Assembly (NCBI GenBank): GCA_048013815.1
Contig: CM106586.1
Span: 1,364,001 to 1,428,000, forward strand
Direction of reading: 5' to 3'
Length of the DNA: 64,000 nt
Source: Setoptus koraiensis
Lineage: Eukaryota; Animalia; Arthropoda
Part shown: positions 14,358 through 26,423 of the stretch, one piece after another
Layout: every line of letters starts with the position of its first letter
How positions within the stretch are numbered: position 1 is the stretch's first letter
Made by a program: the position numbers and the translations under genes
The notes under the pieces: model-generated
What the model was told of the DNA's origin: nothing
Database searches by the model: none
Seen by the model: only the letters and a program-made list of their open reading frames with translations

Positions 14358-15772
14358 TTGGTTGGTTGCTTGCTAATTACTAGCTCAATGAATACAGAGA
14401 GCGTATTCGTAAAGTAGTGAATGGGTGTATTTCAACAAATTTGTGGATTGTTCGGTATTAAATGATTGTCAACCTTTACACAGCTCGATCAGGCGAGAAG
14501 ATTTAGGCTATAGTCAGTTGGAATCTTTTGCACCCGGAAAAGAGGTTTACCTTGTCAGTAACTATACGAAATTGCACCGCATAGTGCACAGTTGAAGTTT
14601 GAACCTCTATTTTATCGTTCTTACAGAGTATGGATTGACATCATCATACAGCCAACTAATTGCATTGTAACCATAGAAGCAGATCAATGTAATGAATGTA
14701 CATGATAAATTTCACACAAACTCGTTGTGCCGGCTGTATTTTTGTGTCGCTTTGTTTTGCCGTTTAGTGTGGCTGTGAATAAAATTAACACCTTCATCTG
14801 TAGTCCACTGATCTCTGTAGAACTTTCCAAATTATCTGTCATGTTCTATCTCATTGATCATTCATCTGTAATTGTCTTCGCGTAGTGTTTGTCTTTTTAG
14901 AATAACTACTGACCAAACTCGATCGTCAGCTATTTCCTATTTCGTTCGCCATTGACTAGCCGACCAGGACTATATTTAGTGCTATATACCAATATGCCAG
15001 TCTGCCAATATCTGCAATAATATATCCGCGTTCTCCAATGGGGTGGTGCTATAAGTGTGATACCGGAACGTGCTCAGAATGAATATCGTTCACTTCGGCT
15101 TCGATCGTTTTATCGTGCAAATCCTAGGCTATTTCTGGTCTCGTCCGTCATCATTGTCCGTTATTCATAAATTCTTGTCTCGAAGTCACCACCAACTGCA
15201 ATTGCTTGACAAACTTAGATCGCTTCATATATTCCCATTAATTTTATCATCAACAAAATCCGATCATTCACCCAATTCAGACATCAGCACATTTTATATT
15301 TGTGCTTCTGTACCATTTGATGTGCAATTGAAGCATTGACTATAGCCATCATCAATGTTAACTTTACCAAAATAAAGATGCGCACTCAAGAAGAACAAAA
15401 CTACCAACAATGATATACTTAGATGAGCTCACAAATATCCTTTATCTTGCTGTGTATCGACAGCGTTCATTGCTGGCGCCCAAGACCCAACCAATGGTGC
15501 TAAACTAATCAAGTAGAAATCAAGTGCATTAGAAGATCCCCTTTCGTGTTAGATTTTTGAAACTTCGTAGAATAGTTGTGGTGAACTTCCGACTAAAATC
15601 TCTATTGTAGCGTGCGCATCAATTGAACTTTCCACAACAGACCAGCTATTTCCTGTGTACTATCCTGTGTGAAAAGATCCGAGAAAAATCAGATTGTCAG
15701 GCATGATGGCTCATTGAAAAGATATACGACTAACTACCTAACTAATACTTTCTGTCTTATTCCATTTATCAG

Positions 15773-16187
15773 AATTGTTCCGTTTTGGAAAATCATCACT
15801 GGAGATTTGCCATGAGTATTTTCAAAGATTCTCATATATTTGATCATTTCTCTAAGGCTACCTGGTCGGATATTGAATCACAATTGAAGTGTCTTATTTT
15901 AGCCACCGACATTGCTCATCAAAACGATTATCTAATAAAATTCAGACAATTGATGGTTGATCCGCAGTTCTCAATGATTCAATTCGAACATAGAAGTTTA
16001 GTATTGCAGATAGCTCTCAAATGCGCCGATTTAGGCAATCCATGCCGTCCTTGGATATTGAGCAAATATTGGAGCGAGCAAATATGTACAGAATTTTATC
16101 GTCAGGGCGATTACGAACAGCAACTTGCCATCAAATTGACGCCCATGTGTCAGCGCCATAAATCCACCATTGCGGGAATACAATCAG
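15773..16187 (+). CDS. PDE7: PDE7-like phosphodiesterase, catalytic exon after the 12.4-kb intron
   Basis: NCSVLENHHWR...LILATDIAHQN...ALKCADLGNPCRPW.LSK.WSE...EFYRQGD.E...IAGIQ continues the domain exactly where exon 3094-3326 stops. Phase-0 acceptor TATCAG|, donor G|GTAATA. Confidence 0.93.
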
Positions 16188-16310
16188 GTAATATAAACTA
16201 ATATATATACACTGGTATCATGTGTGGATATCATCGTGACCACTTTTTCATCATAACAAAAATACCATGTTCGATTTATTGATTTTTGTATTGTTCTTCT
16301 CTTACGTCAG

Positions 16311-17289
16311 ACTTTTTCTGTCACATCGTTCAGCCCCTGCTAGAGTTGTGGCACAAGTTTCTGCAGTCGCCCCTATCGAGCTTATTGATGTCTAATTTCA
16401 ATTACAATTACCAACAATGGCAGCAGGCTTCACTGGCGGCCAAGGTGTCAAAACGCCGCCACTCATTCAACACCAGCAACAAAATGAACCCTCAGCAGCC
16501 ATCAGCAATCGCCGATGGTCAGAAACAAACACGCGGCACAAATTGTGGAAAACTAGAGAGAATAGTGAGCCAGGATAAAGGTAGCACTAGGACAGAGAAC
16601 GACAACAATGATCCACAACAATTGACCAGTTCTAATGATATCAGCCAGAGTAGGGATATTGTTGTTGGTCAAGAGCATCATGCTAGCATATGTAACAACG
16701 AAAAAATCTCCGATGTATATTTAAAACGATCTTTGGCAACATCTCGAGCCGGAGACTCATCATTGCTACATTGTAAGACGCTCAGATTTAGTAGATCGTT
16801 AAATAGCTTGAATTCTAATCAAATTATCAACATCGATGATCTCAGTGCATCGCTATTCCTGGCTCATATAGCATCGCCAGAGCAGCAACAACACAACTAT
16901 TCACACAATAAAAACTACCACCCGACGAGGGCTTCTTTATATTCTAGCGCCAAATATCCGAATAAAACAAAAAGAGGACACATGTTTCACCAGATGAGCT
17001 TAACCGGTTCTACCACTGCAACCAAAAATTCGGAACCTAGTCAATCATTTTCCATTGAACAAATTGAGTCAAAGTTAGAGACGAGCACCACCGCAAAAAA
17101 TGCAAACAGTGACATGGTAACTGCTGGCCACCACGCACATGAGAAGAAATCATTTTGTTCAGGTGAGGGCCAGTGTGGAACGCCATCACCGCCTGCATCA
17201 CCATCATTTATTGTTGCGTCGTCATCCGCAAAGGATCTGTCAGCAGCTAAACTAACAGTGAGGCCATCAACAGGATGCTCGTCAGTTAG
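16311..17289 (+). CDS. PDE7: PDE7-like phosphodiesterase, end of catalytic domain plus low-complexity tail
   Basis: Acceptor CGTCAG| gives DFFCHIVQPLLELWHKF (compare PDE7 GFMTYLVEPLFTEWARF). Donor AG|GTGAGT at 17290. Confidence 0.85.
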
Positions 17290-17400
17290 GTGAGTAATTT
17301 GCGTATTGGGTTTGTTTGACTACATCTCTTTGTGTCTAAGACGAATGTTTAACCTCTCATATACATTTCTGTAATAACCTGTTGAAACAACCTGAAGCAG

Positions 17401-18342
17401 TATGACATTGACAACGCAAACAACAACAACAAACAGCACACCATCAAAACATAGGAAAAAAACCAAACCCAAGTCAAAACCATCAACACAACAACAACAA
17501 ACAACCAACACTGCCATAGTGAATACTAGATCGTCCGATCATTTGATTAGGAAGACGCTCTCACCGATAAACGATGATATTGATGACAGGCCATCACCGT
17601 TGGGTATACGTTCCTCATCGCCTCCATCTAGGTCGTCGATGCTCTCTGATTGTTCAACCTCATCATCATCATCATCATCACCATCATTATTATTTGTCTC
17701 TTCGTCTATATCAGAGAATACAAAATGCAAAACTAAATCAAAATCTTCAGATCGTTACTCCAATTACCCAGAGAAGCCCTTTCGCCTTTTGGCACAATAT
17801 TATGACTCTTCACTCCAAACCACAACAACTCCTCAGCTACTCGGTCATAAAAGACAAGGTGCCAGTAAAATAAAAGTCCCTATATCCAATATAACTGCTA
17901 CGCCTGCGGCGTCGGCTATCGTAAATACCAATGATAAGACGCACGTGTGTAAAAAGTCGCCCCCATCACCGTTCTGCTCTGTAAGTAGTTCAACTAATCG
18001 GGCGCCACAAAGAATTTCAACGTTTATCTTATGCATAGCTCATTTAACTCACACAATTTCTATCCGAATCCATCGATATCGTTACAGCCTAAAAATTATC
18101 TAGCACATAGTCGCCGGAGAGAGTCTGATCCTGGTTGTTGTGGCTTCGTTGGCGCACCGGAAACCGGAAATCAAATGAGAACGGCAAACACTGCCGATTT
18201 CGAATTGGCCGCCGCCGCAGCCATAGTGTCCTTATTACAATACCAAAACAGTGCACGATACCAGAGGCGTCGTTCATCACTTCCTGTTTGTCTACCCAAA
18301 AGACGCTCATCTTATCCTGTTGAGTCGAAGAGGCGTGTTTAA
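17401..18342 (+). CDS. PDE7: PDE7-like phosphodiesterase, probable last two exons (17401-17980 and 18088-18342), Ser/Thr-rich tail
   Basis: Phase-consistent chain: AG|T ATG at 17401, donor GTAAGT at 17981, acceptor TTACAG| at 18087, stop at 18342. No homology evidence; supported only by splice signals and frame. Confidence 0.55.
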
Positions 18343-18928
18343 ACAAACAATGTGGACAGTTTTACTAAGCAATTTTTGTTTGACAAAGAATCAGAATGAG
18401 TGTCACCTACTATACATTACAATTACCATCATCATAATTATTCTTATCATTAAACGTTGTCAGAGTGTAGCCTTACACTACCTCTAGCGTACGCACATAC
18501 ATAGAAATGCATTTCTCAGAGAAATAAGATTCTTTGCCCCATCTTTACCGATTTATCTTTCGTCTCACGTATTGTATGATATTTAATCTCATGCAAAACA
18601 TGTTACTCAGCGAAGAGTTTGTTTGCTTTCTCAAGTACGGTGCTGTTGTGTAAGTGGCTCGATTGTGTATTTGGTCTCTCTTCATTCCTTCAAAGCTCTA
18701 CTTCTGCCAAATTCAGATTATGTATTTTCCAACAAAGTATTCATTTAGAAGTATCATTTGGGATGCTATATTAAGAAACGAGATCTGAACAATGGTGATT
18801 CACACAAAATTACATTCCACCGTAGATAAAATGTTTGCTATGTTAATTGCTACAAAACATTCCTAGACTTTTTTCTAGACCAGCAATACATTAGGACATC
18901 CCATTTTATTTATTTCATTCATCGTGAG

Positions 18929-21900
18929 TCATTTTTGATAGCCCCTGTTTAGTGTGTCTTTACTGTGCCGACTTTCTACAATTATCGCAGGTGGCAAAGG
19001 TGGCGCTCTCCTTGGTTTAGGTGGCAAAGGTAATGTCGAAGTAGGCAATTCATCTGAACAAATACTACTAATAATATTCCTGCCCCTCGGTGGAACAGGC
19101 GGCGGAGGTGGTAACTTGCTTTGAGTAAATTCATTAGGGTGCCCGTTACTATTCTCGATAATAGTACCAACGCTGGTTGTTGTTGATATGGTTGAGACGC
19201 TCCCTTCAAATATCGAGCCAAATAGTGTAGGAGATGCGAATGCAGATGCAAATACACTGTGCTCGCTCGAGACGGCGCTTCCACCCGATAGAGGTGGTGA
19301 TTGAGGAGTCAGAGGGGTCGACGGAGATTGGTGAGCACTTGGTATTCTATCTGAAAGTGTTGGCAATGGTGTCGGATAGGACCTGCGTGATTTAGTATTC
19401 ATAGGTGACTTCCAGCATTTTGGTTCAGGTCTCTTCCGTTGCACATCACGCGGCAATTGTTTGCAATCTCTTGGCTCTATTTTCAAAGATTTCCTATAGA
19501 GAAAATCATCGATATAATCATAGAGTTCCTTGTCATTTTTGAAATCACGCCTGGACATGTCTTTGGGGTATACTTCGATCGACTCGATGTAATCACGTAT
19601 TTCTGGTTGAACCTGTAAACAATAGGGATTATTTTGATATGCTCTAATCTCCTCAGTTATTGTCGTTCTGAGACGTTGTTTTATGAAGTTGATCATTTTG
19701 GGTCGTTTCATAGTCGCAAGTTTGTTCACGCTATTCTGTTGGCTCTCTCGTTTTACAGCGTCGATTGAATCTAGATTGTTACTATTTCTAGCAGCTCTAG
19801 AATCGAAATCTTCAAGCGATGCTGATGTGGGAAACAATTCGGTTTCCGAAAGTCCATTGTTTGTTCTTGTGGACAGTGATTGAGGAGATACAGGAGCTGA
19901 GACGCAAGAGGTTTCGCCAGAACTTGAATTACGTTCTCCAATGGAATTTCTAATCTGAGAATTCTCATCAACAAAAGTCCTGTTACCCTCAATCGTATGA
20001 ATGAGCTGAGTTTGATAATAGCCAAGGAATGGTACACATGGTAGATGTCCAATTTCTTTGAGACGTTGATGCAAACCTTTAAAGTGTCCCTTATCAAACA
20101 GTTCATTATACTTATCTATCTCTTTGTTATAGTCTTGCCCTTGCCTTGATCTCAAAGCTTTGAAATGATATTCCAAGCGTTTTACTGAGGAACATTCGAT
20201 GGCACCGCCGACACTGATCAAGCCGGCAAAATTGTTCAGCTCGTAGAAAACTTTCATAATCTCAATAGCTCTCTGCATAATGACAACTCTGTGGTCAAAA
20301 TCCTCTGCTTCAATTATGCATTTCCTAATCCAATAGCTAATCTTGTTGAAATGGCTCTCAAACTTCGATTTATTGGGAGAAGATTCGTATTTTTCTTCGT
20401 CAATAGTTCTTTCTCCAGTCAATTCTCTAGTATTAATAAGCTCAGATTGTTTGATTGATCGAAACAAATCGAAACCTATTAACGTTATCTGACGAGCAAT
20501 CTCTCTTGGATGAAGAGTCAGAATATCGAACTTGTCAGGTTCGTTCGCTTGTGCTGTATGCCATTCAATTTCAGGTGGAATAACAGTTTGATGTAATCTA
20601 ATTTTTTCAGGCTCTGCAGGCTTTTGATTTTTGGCAATGACATTGTGGATAGATTCAATAAATTTTCGCTTCCTTGGATGATCTCTGTGGGCCTCTTCTA
20701 AAAAAGAACGCAACCTGTCTAATAAGGAAGGATACCGCTCAAAATCGTAGAAATGATCCTTACTCCATGAACGTAATACGTTCATAACACGAAGTTGGAC
20801 GGGATTCGAGTAGTCATCTCGGAATCTCCGCAATGCCTCTTTATAGGCTGTTTCTATATGTTCCGGCGTCTCGACGAGAGGGTTGATATAATTATCATTG
20901 TCGTTCTTTGAAAATTTTTGATTTTTGTAAGTAGCTTTTTTACATCTGGGATGAGTGTGCATACCGACATTTCTTTCACTCCTCATGTCGACGACGCTAG
21001 AAGTTGAAAGATTCTCTCCAACGTGCCAACAAAATTCAAGCGTTATCTTTTTGGATGAATCATGTTCTGACCCTTGATCTAGGTAAACAGGGTAAGGCTC
21101 TGGTATGTTGAAGCGCTCGATAAGCAAATCCAGCAGTTCTGATGGATGGGATATGAAAGATCTATATGTTAACAGAAATATCCTTACTAAATTTGGATCA
21201 GGGAATTCGTGAAACGTAACGCGTTCAACCAATTTAAGTAGAGTGGCACATCTTATCTGACTAGGTGTCTGTTCTTTCTTCTTTTCTTCCCTCTTCTCCT
21301 CTTTTTCGAGAATGATGTTATGTTCGCTATCGGGTTCAGTAAATCTGTAAATGGTAGGTGGCGGCAGCGGCAGGCAGGCTTTCTCTGTCTTCAAGATAAT
21401 ATCCAGATAATTTTCCAACGTTTTACGATTGCTGAGTAGCAAAAGATTGGACAACCACATTGATTTTTCTTCAGCACTTTTGGCAAATAATATACAAGAT
21501 GAATCACGTTTATCCTTAGTGTTTCTTTGTAATCTGAAAGCATAAACACCGTGATCACAGTTCTGCATAAACTGCATAGACAATTCAGGACTAGGTAGAG
21601 ATCCCAATACGGGTGAAGAATGTGGTAGGGTGTTACTAAAATAAGATGACGATAACGACGTTGAAAGAATGGATCCGCTACTTGTAGACGTACCATTAGA
21701 AATCGTCATTGAGGAGAATGATGGGGAATGAAAATTGAAGGCTTGATTTGGTGCTGTTCCATCAACAAACTCAAATGGGCTATGATTAAATTTCAAATTA
21801 TCGGTAGACCAATCAACTATCTCAATATCTTTAAGTTGTATAGGACCATCCTTCATTTTGTATTCAAATTGTGTACCCAAGTTTGATGGTGCCCGTTTGG

Positions 21901-23236
21901 GGTTCTTTTTAGAAAAAAACAGTAGATTATCGAATAAGAATACATGACGGTGCGATCTCTTTTGCCCTCCCTTGGTCTTGATAAGGTCACCCTCTAGAAT
22001 GAATTCTTTGCAATATTGCTTTATAGAGCATTCATATTCAATGTCCCAATGCTCGACACTTTTCTTCAGTTTCTCAATAGTTTGTATCAAAGTCTGATTC
22101 AACGTGGACGGGAGAGTTGATCGAAGGTACGTTTCCCATGGTTTGGCTGCTTTGATATCGATCTTATTTTGAGCTAAAGTAACCTCCAATTTACTTTTGG
22201 TAGATAATAGTATGGATAATGTATTTTTGAACTTGTCATTCTCGCTTTTGAATTTGTCATTACCTGGTTGACTACTTTGCTGTTCCAAGTCTTTGATATA
22301 TTGGAAATATTCGAAGAAGTGGAATACAACCCCTAACAAAAGTTTTGGCAACACGTATTCAACTAGCAATCCAAACGAGTGTATTTGAGAACAGGACAGA
22401 TCTGTATTTTTAAGCATTTTTGAGAACGATAGATGCCATTCTGGCGACAAGATTCCCGATGCGTAGGTACAATACGACTCAAACTTATTCCCTTCTGCCA
22501 ACTCGAATATGCTAGATCCGATATAAGGAGGTTCATCTCCCTCTGTATCTTCCATAGCGTCCTCAAGTGACGCCAACAGCGATGCTGATAGCTCGTAGAC
22601 CTCTGTGATGTTTGAGAAGATTGCGTCGATTTCTTGATTTGATAGTATCGAGGCATATAATTTATCTCGAAATACTTTCATTATGAGTTGTAGGACTCTC
22701 AGGAATGACTTTTCAGCACTAACCATCTGTTCAATTATTTGCTTGTGACTTTTGTTGTTATGACTATTTATGCCTAAGTCACTCTTGAATAGGCGGCTCA
22801 TATCTTCAAAGGCATACACAACAATATTGATATCCTCGCGTGTAATCGTATCCCTCTTCAAGTTAGATACATATTTCCGGCTTAACTCATAAAGGTCCTT
22901 TATTATGTAGTTGAGTAAGGCCTCCCTAAATCTATCTGCGTCATTGTCAGGTCTTTCCTTCATGACAAGCACACGAAACTTCTCTGCTATTAGTTGTGCT
23001 ACGGACGAAGATGAATGGTGGCTAGATTTTTTAAGAGTTGTCCTGGGGCCGTCATCTAATCGATGTCGTGCCTCCTTGAGAGCGGAGTCTCTCAAGGCTG
23101 AAGGTTGATCAGTTGGAAACAATAATATAAACCTATCTTCGACATCCTGAATACTTTGGGGTTGCGGGGGGCAAGTTAACTTTTCAAACAATTTTTTCCT
23201 ATATCCGATCAAACATTCTTCACTCTCCTCATTCAT
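18929..23236 (-). CDS. SOS: Son of sevenless Ras/Rac GEF, 1435 aa, single ORF
   Basis: Histone-fold remnant, DH (EKSFLRVLQLI.KVFR), PH (RHVFLFDNLL), REM (ATLLKLVERVTFHEFPDPNLVRIFLLTYRSF), CDC25 GEF (LTLHPREIARQITL, PCVPFLG.Y, INF.KQR) and C-terminal PPPVPPR Grb2-SH3 motifs. Confidence 0.95.
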   Translation of the reverse strand: MNEESEECLIGYRKKLFEKLTCPPQPQSIQDVEDRFILLFPTDQPSALRDSALKEARHRLDDGPRTTLKKSSHHSSSSVAQLIAEKFRVLVMKERPDNDADRFREALLNYIIKDLYELSRKYVSNLKRDTITREDINIVVYAFEDMSRLFKSDLGINSHNNKSHKQIIEQMVSAEKSFLRVLQLIMKVFRDKLYASILSNQEIDAIFSNITEVYELSASLLASLEDAMEDTEGDEPPYIGSSIFELAEGNKFESYCTYASGILSPEWHLSFSKMLKNTDLSCSQIHSFGLLVEYVLPKLLLGVVFHFFEYFQYIKDLEQQSSQPGNDKFKSENDKFKNTLSILLSTKSKLEVTLAQNKIDIKAAKPWETYLRSTLPSTLNQTLIQTIEKLKKSVEHWDIEYECSIKQYCKEFILEGDLIKTKGGQKRSHRHVFLFDNLLFFSKKNPKRAPSNLGTQFEYKMKDGPIQLKDIEIVDWSTDNLKFNHSPFEFVDGTAPNQAFNFHSPSFSSMTISNGTSTSSGSILSTSLSSSYFSNTLPHSSPVLGSLPSPELSMQFMQNCDHGVYAFRLQRNTKDKRDSSCILFAKSAEEKSMWLSNLLLLSNRKTLENYLDIILKTEKACLPLPPPTIYRFTEPDSEHNIILEKEEKREEKKKEQTPSQIRCATLLKLVERVTFHEFPDPNLVRIFLLTYRSFISHPSELLDLLIERFNIPEPYPVYLDQGSEHDSSKKITLEFCWHVGENLSTSSVVDMRSERNVGMHTHPRCKKATYKNQKFSKNDNDNYINPLVETPEHIETAYKEALRRFRDDYSNPVQLRVMNVLRSWSKDHFYDFERYPSLLDRLRSFLEEAHRDHPRKRKFIESIHNVIAKNQKPAEPEKIRLHQTVIPPEIEWHTAQANEPDKFDILTLHPREIARQITLIGFDLFRSIKQSELINTRELTGERTIDEEKYESSPNKSKFESHFNKISYWIRKCIIEAEDFDHRVVIMQRAIEIMKVFYELNNFAGLISVGGAIECSSVKRLEYHFKALRSRQGQDYNKEIDKYNELFDKGHFKGLHQRLKEIGHLPCVPFLGYYQTQLIHTIEGNRTFVDENSQIRNSIGERNSSSGETSCVSAPVSPQSLSTRTNNGLSETELFPTSASLEDFDSRAARNSNNLDSIDAVKRESQQNSVNKLATMKRPKMINFIKQRLRTTITEEIRAYQNNPYCLQVQPEIRDYIESIEVYPKDMSRRDFKNDKELYDYIDDFLYRKSLKIEPRDCKQLPRDVQRKRPEPKCWKSPMNTKSRRSYPTPLPTLSDRIPSAHQSPSTPLTPQSPPLSGGSAVSSEHSVFASAFASPTLFGSIFEGSVSTISTTTSVGTIIENSNGHPNEFTQSKLPPPPPVPPRGRNIISSICSDELPTSTLPLPPKPRRAPPLPPAIIVESRHSKDTLNRGYQK

Positions 23237-24577
23237 TATGGAAATGATCTAATTGTAATTACAGAGATATGCATTACAAATCGTTTGTATTTGTGGGGAT
23301 GCCATTGTAGTGGGGAATGTTCGACCGTTAATATTGAGTTGGGGGCGTGCAAACGACGGTAAGTATATGGCATCAAACGCATTAATAAAGCAATTTTGAT
23401 GCGTGCATGATGCATCACATTCCACTCAGCATTTAGCGTACAACAAATCAGCACAAATACAACTCAAATGAACAAAATTTTCTATGACAAGGATTCAATC
23501 CACTCTAGAAAGCGCGCAATTTGAATTGATTTAATTGATTGTGTAGTGAAAATCTTGAAATGAATGATACATTTTCAGAGCCTGGTTGGTTCAAGAGAAG
23601 TACTCATCAGGAGTTAGAAGATGTCTTGATGATGGCCGGATCACGACTCTCTCAACTATTCTTTCGAGATTTATTGTAAATACTAAAATGCATTGGGTTA
23701 CAGTGTGGTATTATATGAGTGAGTGATGTTATGATATAAATGTGTGGTCACTCACCAAATTTTAGAGTGTCTGAAAATGCGAGTTAAAGTTTACGTGATA
23801 TGAAATCAAAAAAATTGCACGTGTTCAAAATGGACGTGGAGACACGTAAGGAGTCATACAATTGAATATGCTAGTTAGTTCGATAATTGAATGTTAAGTA
23901 TTATTATTATAGATTCATTTAAATTTTCTTCCGTAATTTATTCTGTTGGTAGTGATTCATTAGTATCTAATTAGCTTTGTTGGCTACTGGGTTCAGATGA
24001 TGGAAAAGGTAAGACATTCCACATTGTTGTTATGCTTAACAATAGCGTCAGCTGGATTATGTTCATAAATATTAATTGAAGTTGTGACAAAGCTCTAGTC
24101 ATCGCTTGTGCCCGGATTATGAGTATCATCAATTCGATGTACATCCGGTGTACTACTGTAAGACTGAACTTAAGTGTTTGAATTGCTTATTCAAGACGAG
24201 TTCCTGTGGTGGTCCTCTTATGTGCCGCCTAGATTGTGTGACCAGTGAATATGAGAATTAATGGTTCCCACGTCTGTATGTATATTGATTGACATAAGAC
24301 AGGAAGTGGTTGCTTCCGGCGAGCAGGCACTGTGTATTGTTGTAAACCAAAAGATAACTATTTTTTTTTTGAAACGGATTCGGGGATTTGATTCGAGAGA
24401 CACAGATAAATCTTTTCTGTAATCAAATCGGAATACTTGAATTTTCGTGGACGATCCAAGTTGTGTGAACACTCAAACTGGATGAGACATCAAAGTCTTA
24501 TCGTGACTTTTCATAGTACCATGTTTCTATAAGAGAGAAAACACACATTTATTACATCATTACATTCATTTTAATCT

Positions 24578-26002
24578 TCAATGGCCGAGTTTACCTCGTT
24601 TGAATTTTCCACCACGTCCGCCGCGAATCGCTCGGCGAACTCCTTTATTTGCATCTTTTTTGACTTTCTTCTTGAATGATTTGAGAGCTTTTTTATCATC
24701 GTCCATATCGATGTCATCTTCATCATCTCCTCTTTTTCGCCGTGTCCTCTCAGCCATCTCGTTTTGTTCAATTCTGGCTAATCTATCAGCTTGTGCAACA
24801 CGGTCAACAAGAAGCATAACTTCTTGTTCAACGGTGGGGTAAAGAGGCAACTTCTGTCCTATTAAGTGTTCGATCCTTTGATAGAGCTCCACATCATATT
24901 GAGTCACCATTGTTATAGATTTTCCATATCTTCCAGCTCGAGCTGTCCGCCCAACTCTATGTATATAGTCTTTGCTATGCTGTGGAAGGTCGAAATTGAT
25001 CACAACATCCACATGAGGTATGTCGAGACCCCGACTAGCCACGTCAGTGGCAATCAGCACAGATCGTGCTTTGACTTTAAATTTATTCAAGGATGCTATC
25101 CTTTTAACTTGGTTCATCTTACCATTCAGTGGTATAGCAGAATATCCCAAGTTTCTTAAAAGTAGAGCCAATTTCTGAGTCTTCGTGCAAGTGTTACAAA
25201 ATATCATGAAAGAATTTCCGGCTAATTCATTTAGAACGTAGACCAGATAAACCTCCTTGAATTTAGCTGGAATGAAAAGGTAATGCTGCTGTAGATGTTC
25301 GACCGTTTGATACTTCGATGATACCTGGACTCTTACTGGATCGACTAGGGAGGCTCGTTGTAGTTTTGCCACCTTCTTCGTCATTGTGGCAGAAAAAAGT
25401 AGAGTCCTGCGTTCCCTCGGGATTTGTTCGAGTATCTTATCTACTTCTCGTTCAAAGTCCATGTTCAATATTCTGTCTGCTTCGTCCAAGACAAGATATT
25501 TGAGCGTTCGTAAATTGAAACCCTTCGTCTTTTCTAGATGATCTATCAATCTACCAGGGGTGGCGATTATTATATGTGGTTTTTTCGCTAATGATACAGC
25601 CTGAGACATCATATCCATGCCACCTACTACTACGGCACATTTGATCTGGAAGGAAACACCTAAAGCAACAACTTGGTCCTGTATTTGAAGGGCCAGTTCC
25701 CTAGTGGGAGTTAGTATCAGCGCAAATAGTCGCTGTGGATTCTGAAGGAGTGCCTGTAGCATGGGTATAGTGAAAGCTGCAGTTTTACCCGATCCGGTTT
25801 CGGCAAGACCAATGACATCTTTACCTTGTAACGCAACGGGTATCGCTTCTCTTTGAATATTTGTTGGTTCGTTCCAATTGAGCGATTTGCATATCTCACA
25901 TATTCTCTCGTCTACTCCGAGTGACTCAAATGTAACTGCAGCAGGCAATTCTTTCTCCTCTTTTGGCTCATCCTTTGATAGAACCCCAACATCATCAGGC
26001 AT
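24578..26002 (-). CDS. DDX47: DEAD-box RNA helicase DDX47/Rrp3, 474 aa, intronless
   Basis: [28 protein letters not shown] and [10 protein letters not shown] motifs. [15 protein letters not shown] and [16 protein letters not shown] are typical of DDX47/Rrp3. Confidence 0.93.
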   Translation of the reverse strand: MPDDVGVLSKDEPKEEKELPAAVTFESLGVDERICEICKSLNWNEPTNIQREAIPVALQGKDVIGLAETGSGKTAAFTIPMLQALLQNPQRLFALILTPTRELALQIQDQVVALGVSFQIKCAVVVGGMDMMSQAVSLAKKPHIIIATPGRLIDHLEKTKGFNLRTLKYLVLDEADRILNMDFEREVDKILEQIPRERRTLLFSATMTKKVAKLQRASLVDPVRVQVSSKYQTVEHLQQHYLFIPAKFKEVYLVYVLNELAGNSFMIFCNTCTKTQKLALLLRNLGYSAIPLNGKMNQVKRIASLNKFKVKARSVLIATDVASRGLDIPHVDVVINFDLPQHSKDYIHRVGRTARAGRYGKSITMVTQYDVELYQRIEHLIGQKLPLYPTVEQEVMLLVDRVAQADRLARIEQNEMAERTRRKRGDDEDDIDMDDDKKALKSFKKKVKKDANKGVRRAIRGGRGGKFKRGKLGH

Positions 26003-26423
26003 CTTGGTTGTTTTAGATTTCGCTAGCTTGATGAATTTGAATAACTATGATCATATAAAATTAAATGATGAAATGAATGAAACAATGAAGAGTCTTTCGG
26101 TTTGCATGTTCAGGCTGCCAAAAGCGCGACGATATTGTGACGAGAATCATGCTGTATGACCGCCAACATGAGAATTCCTATACTAATGAAGAAATCATGT
26201 GCTTTTTCCAGGGAAATTATCCCTGCTCGTTTCAAAGCCCGCGCTCTCGCAAAGAGAGAAAAGCACATGATCTCTTCACCCATATTAGTTTTCCTTGTGG
26301 CAACATGTAAAAATTCAAGTATCATGTAGAAAAAAAATCCATTTATACACAAAATACGCTCGAATTCATATGAAACGACGTCTCAGGGCAAGGGGCAAAT
26401 AAAGCCATCTTACTGTGTCAAGA
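26003..26423. promoter_or_regulatory. Probable bidirectional promoter between divergent DDX47 and ATP23
   Basis: Head-to-head start codons 421 bp apart. Positional inference only. Confidence 0.45.

Noticed and set aside
15050-15700. Protein-like minus-strand frame with a hydrophobic stretch inside the PDE intron
   Set aside because: Stops occur at about the rate expected for random AT-rich DNA.
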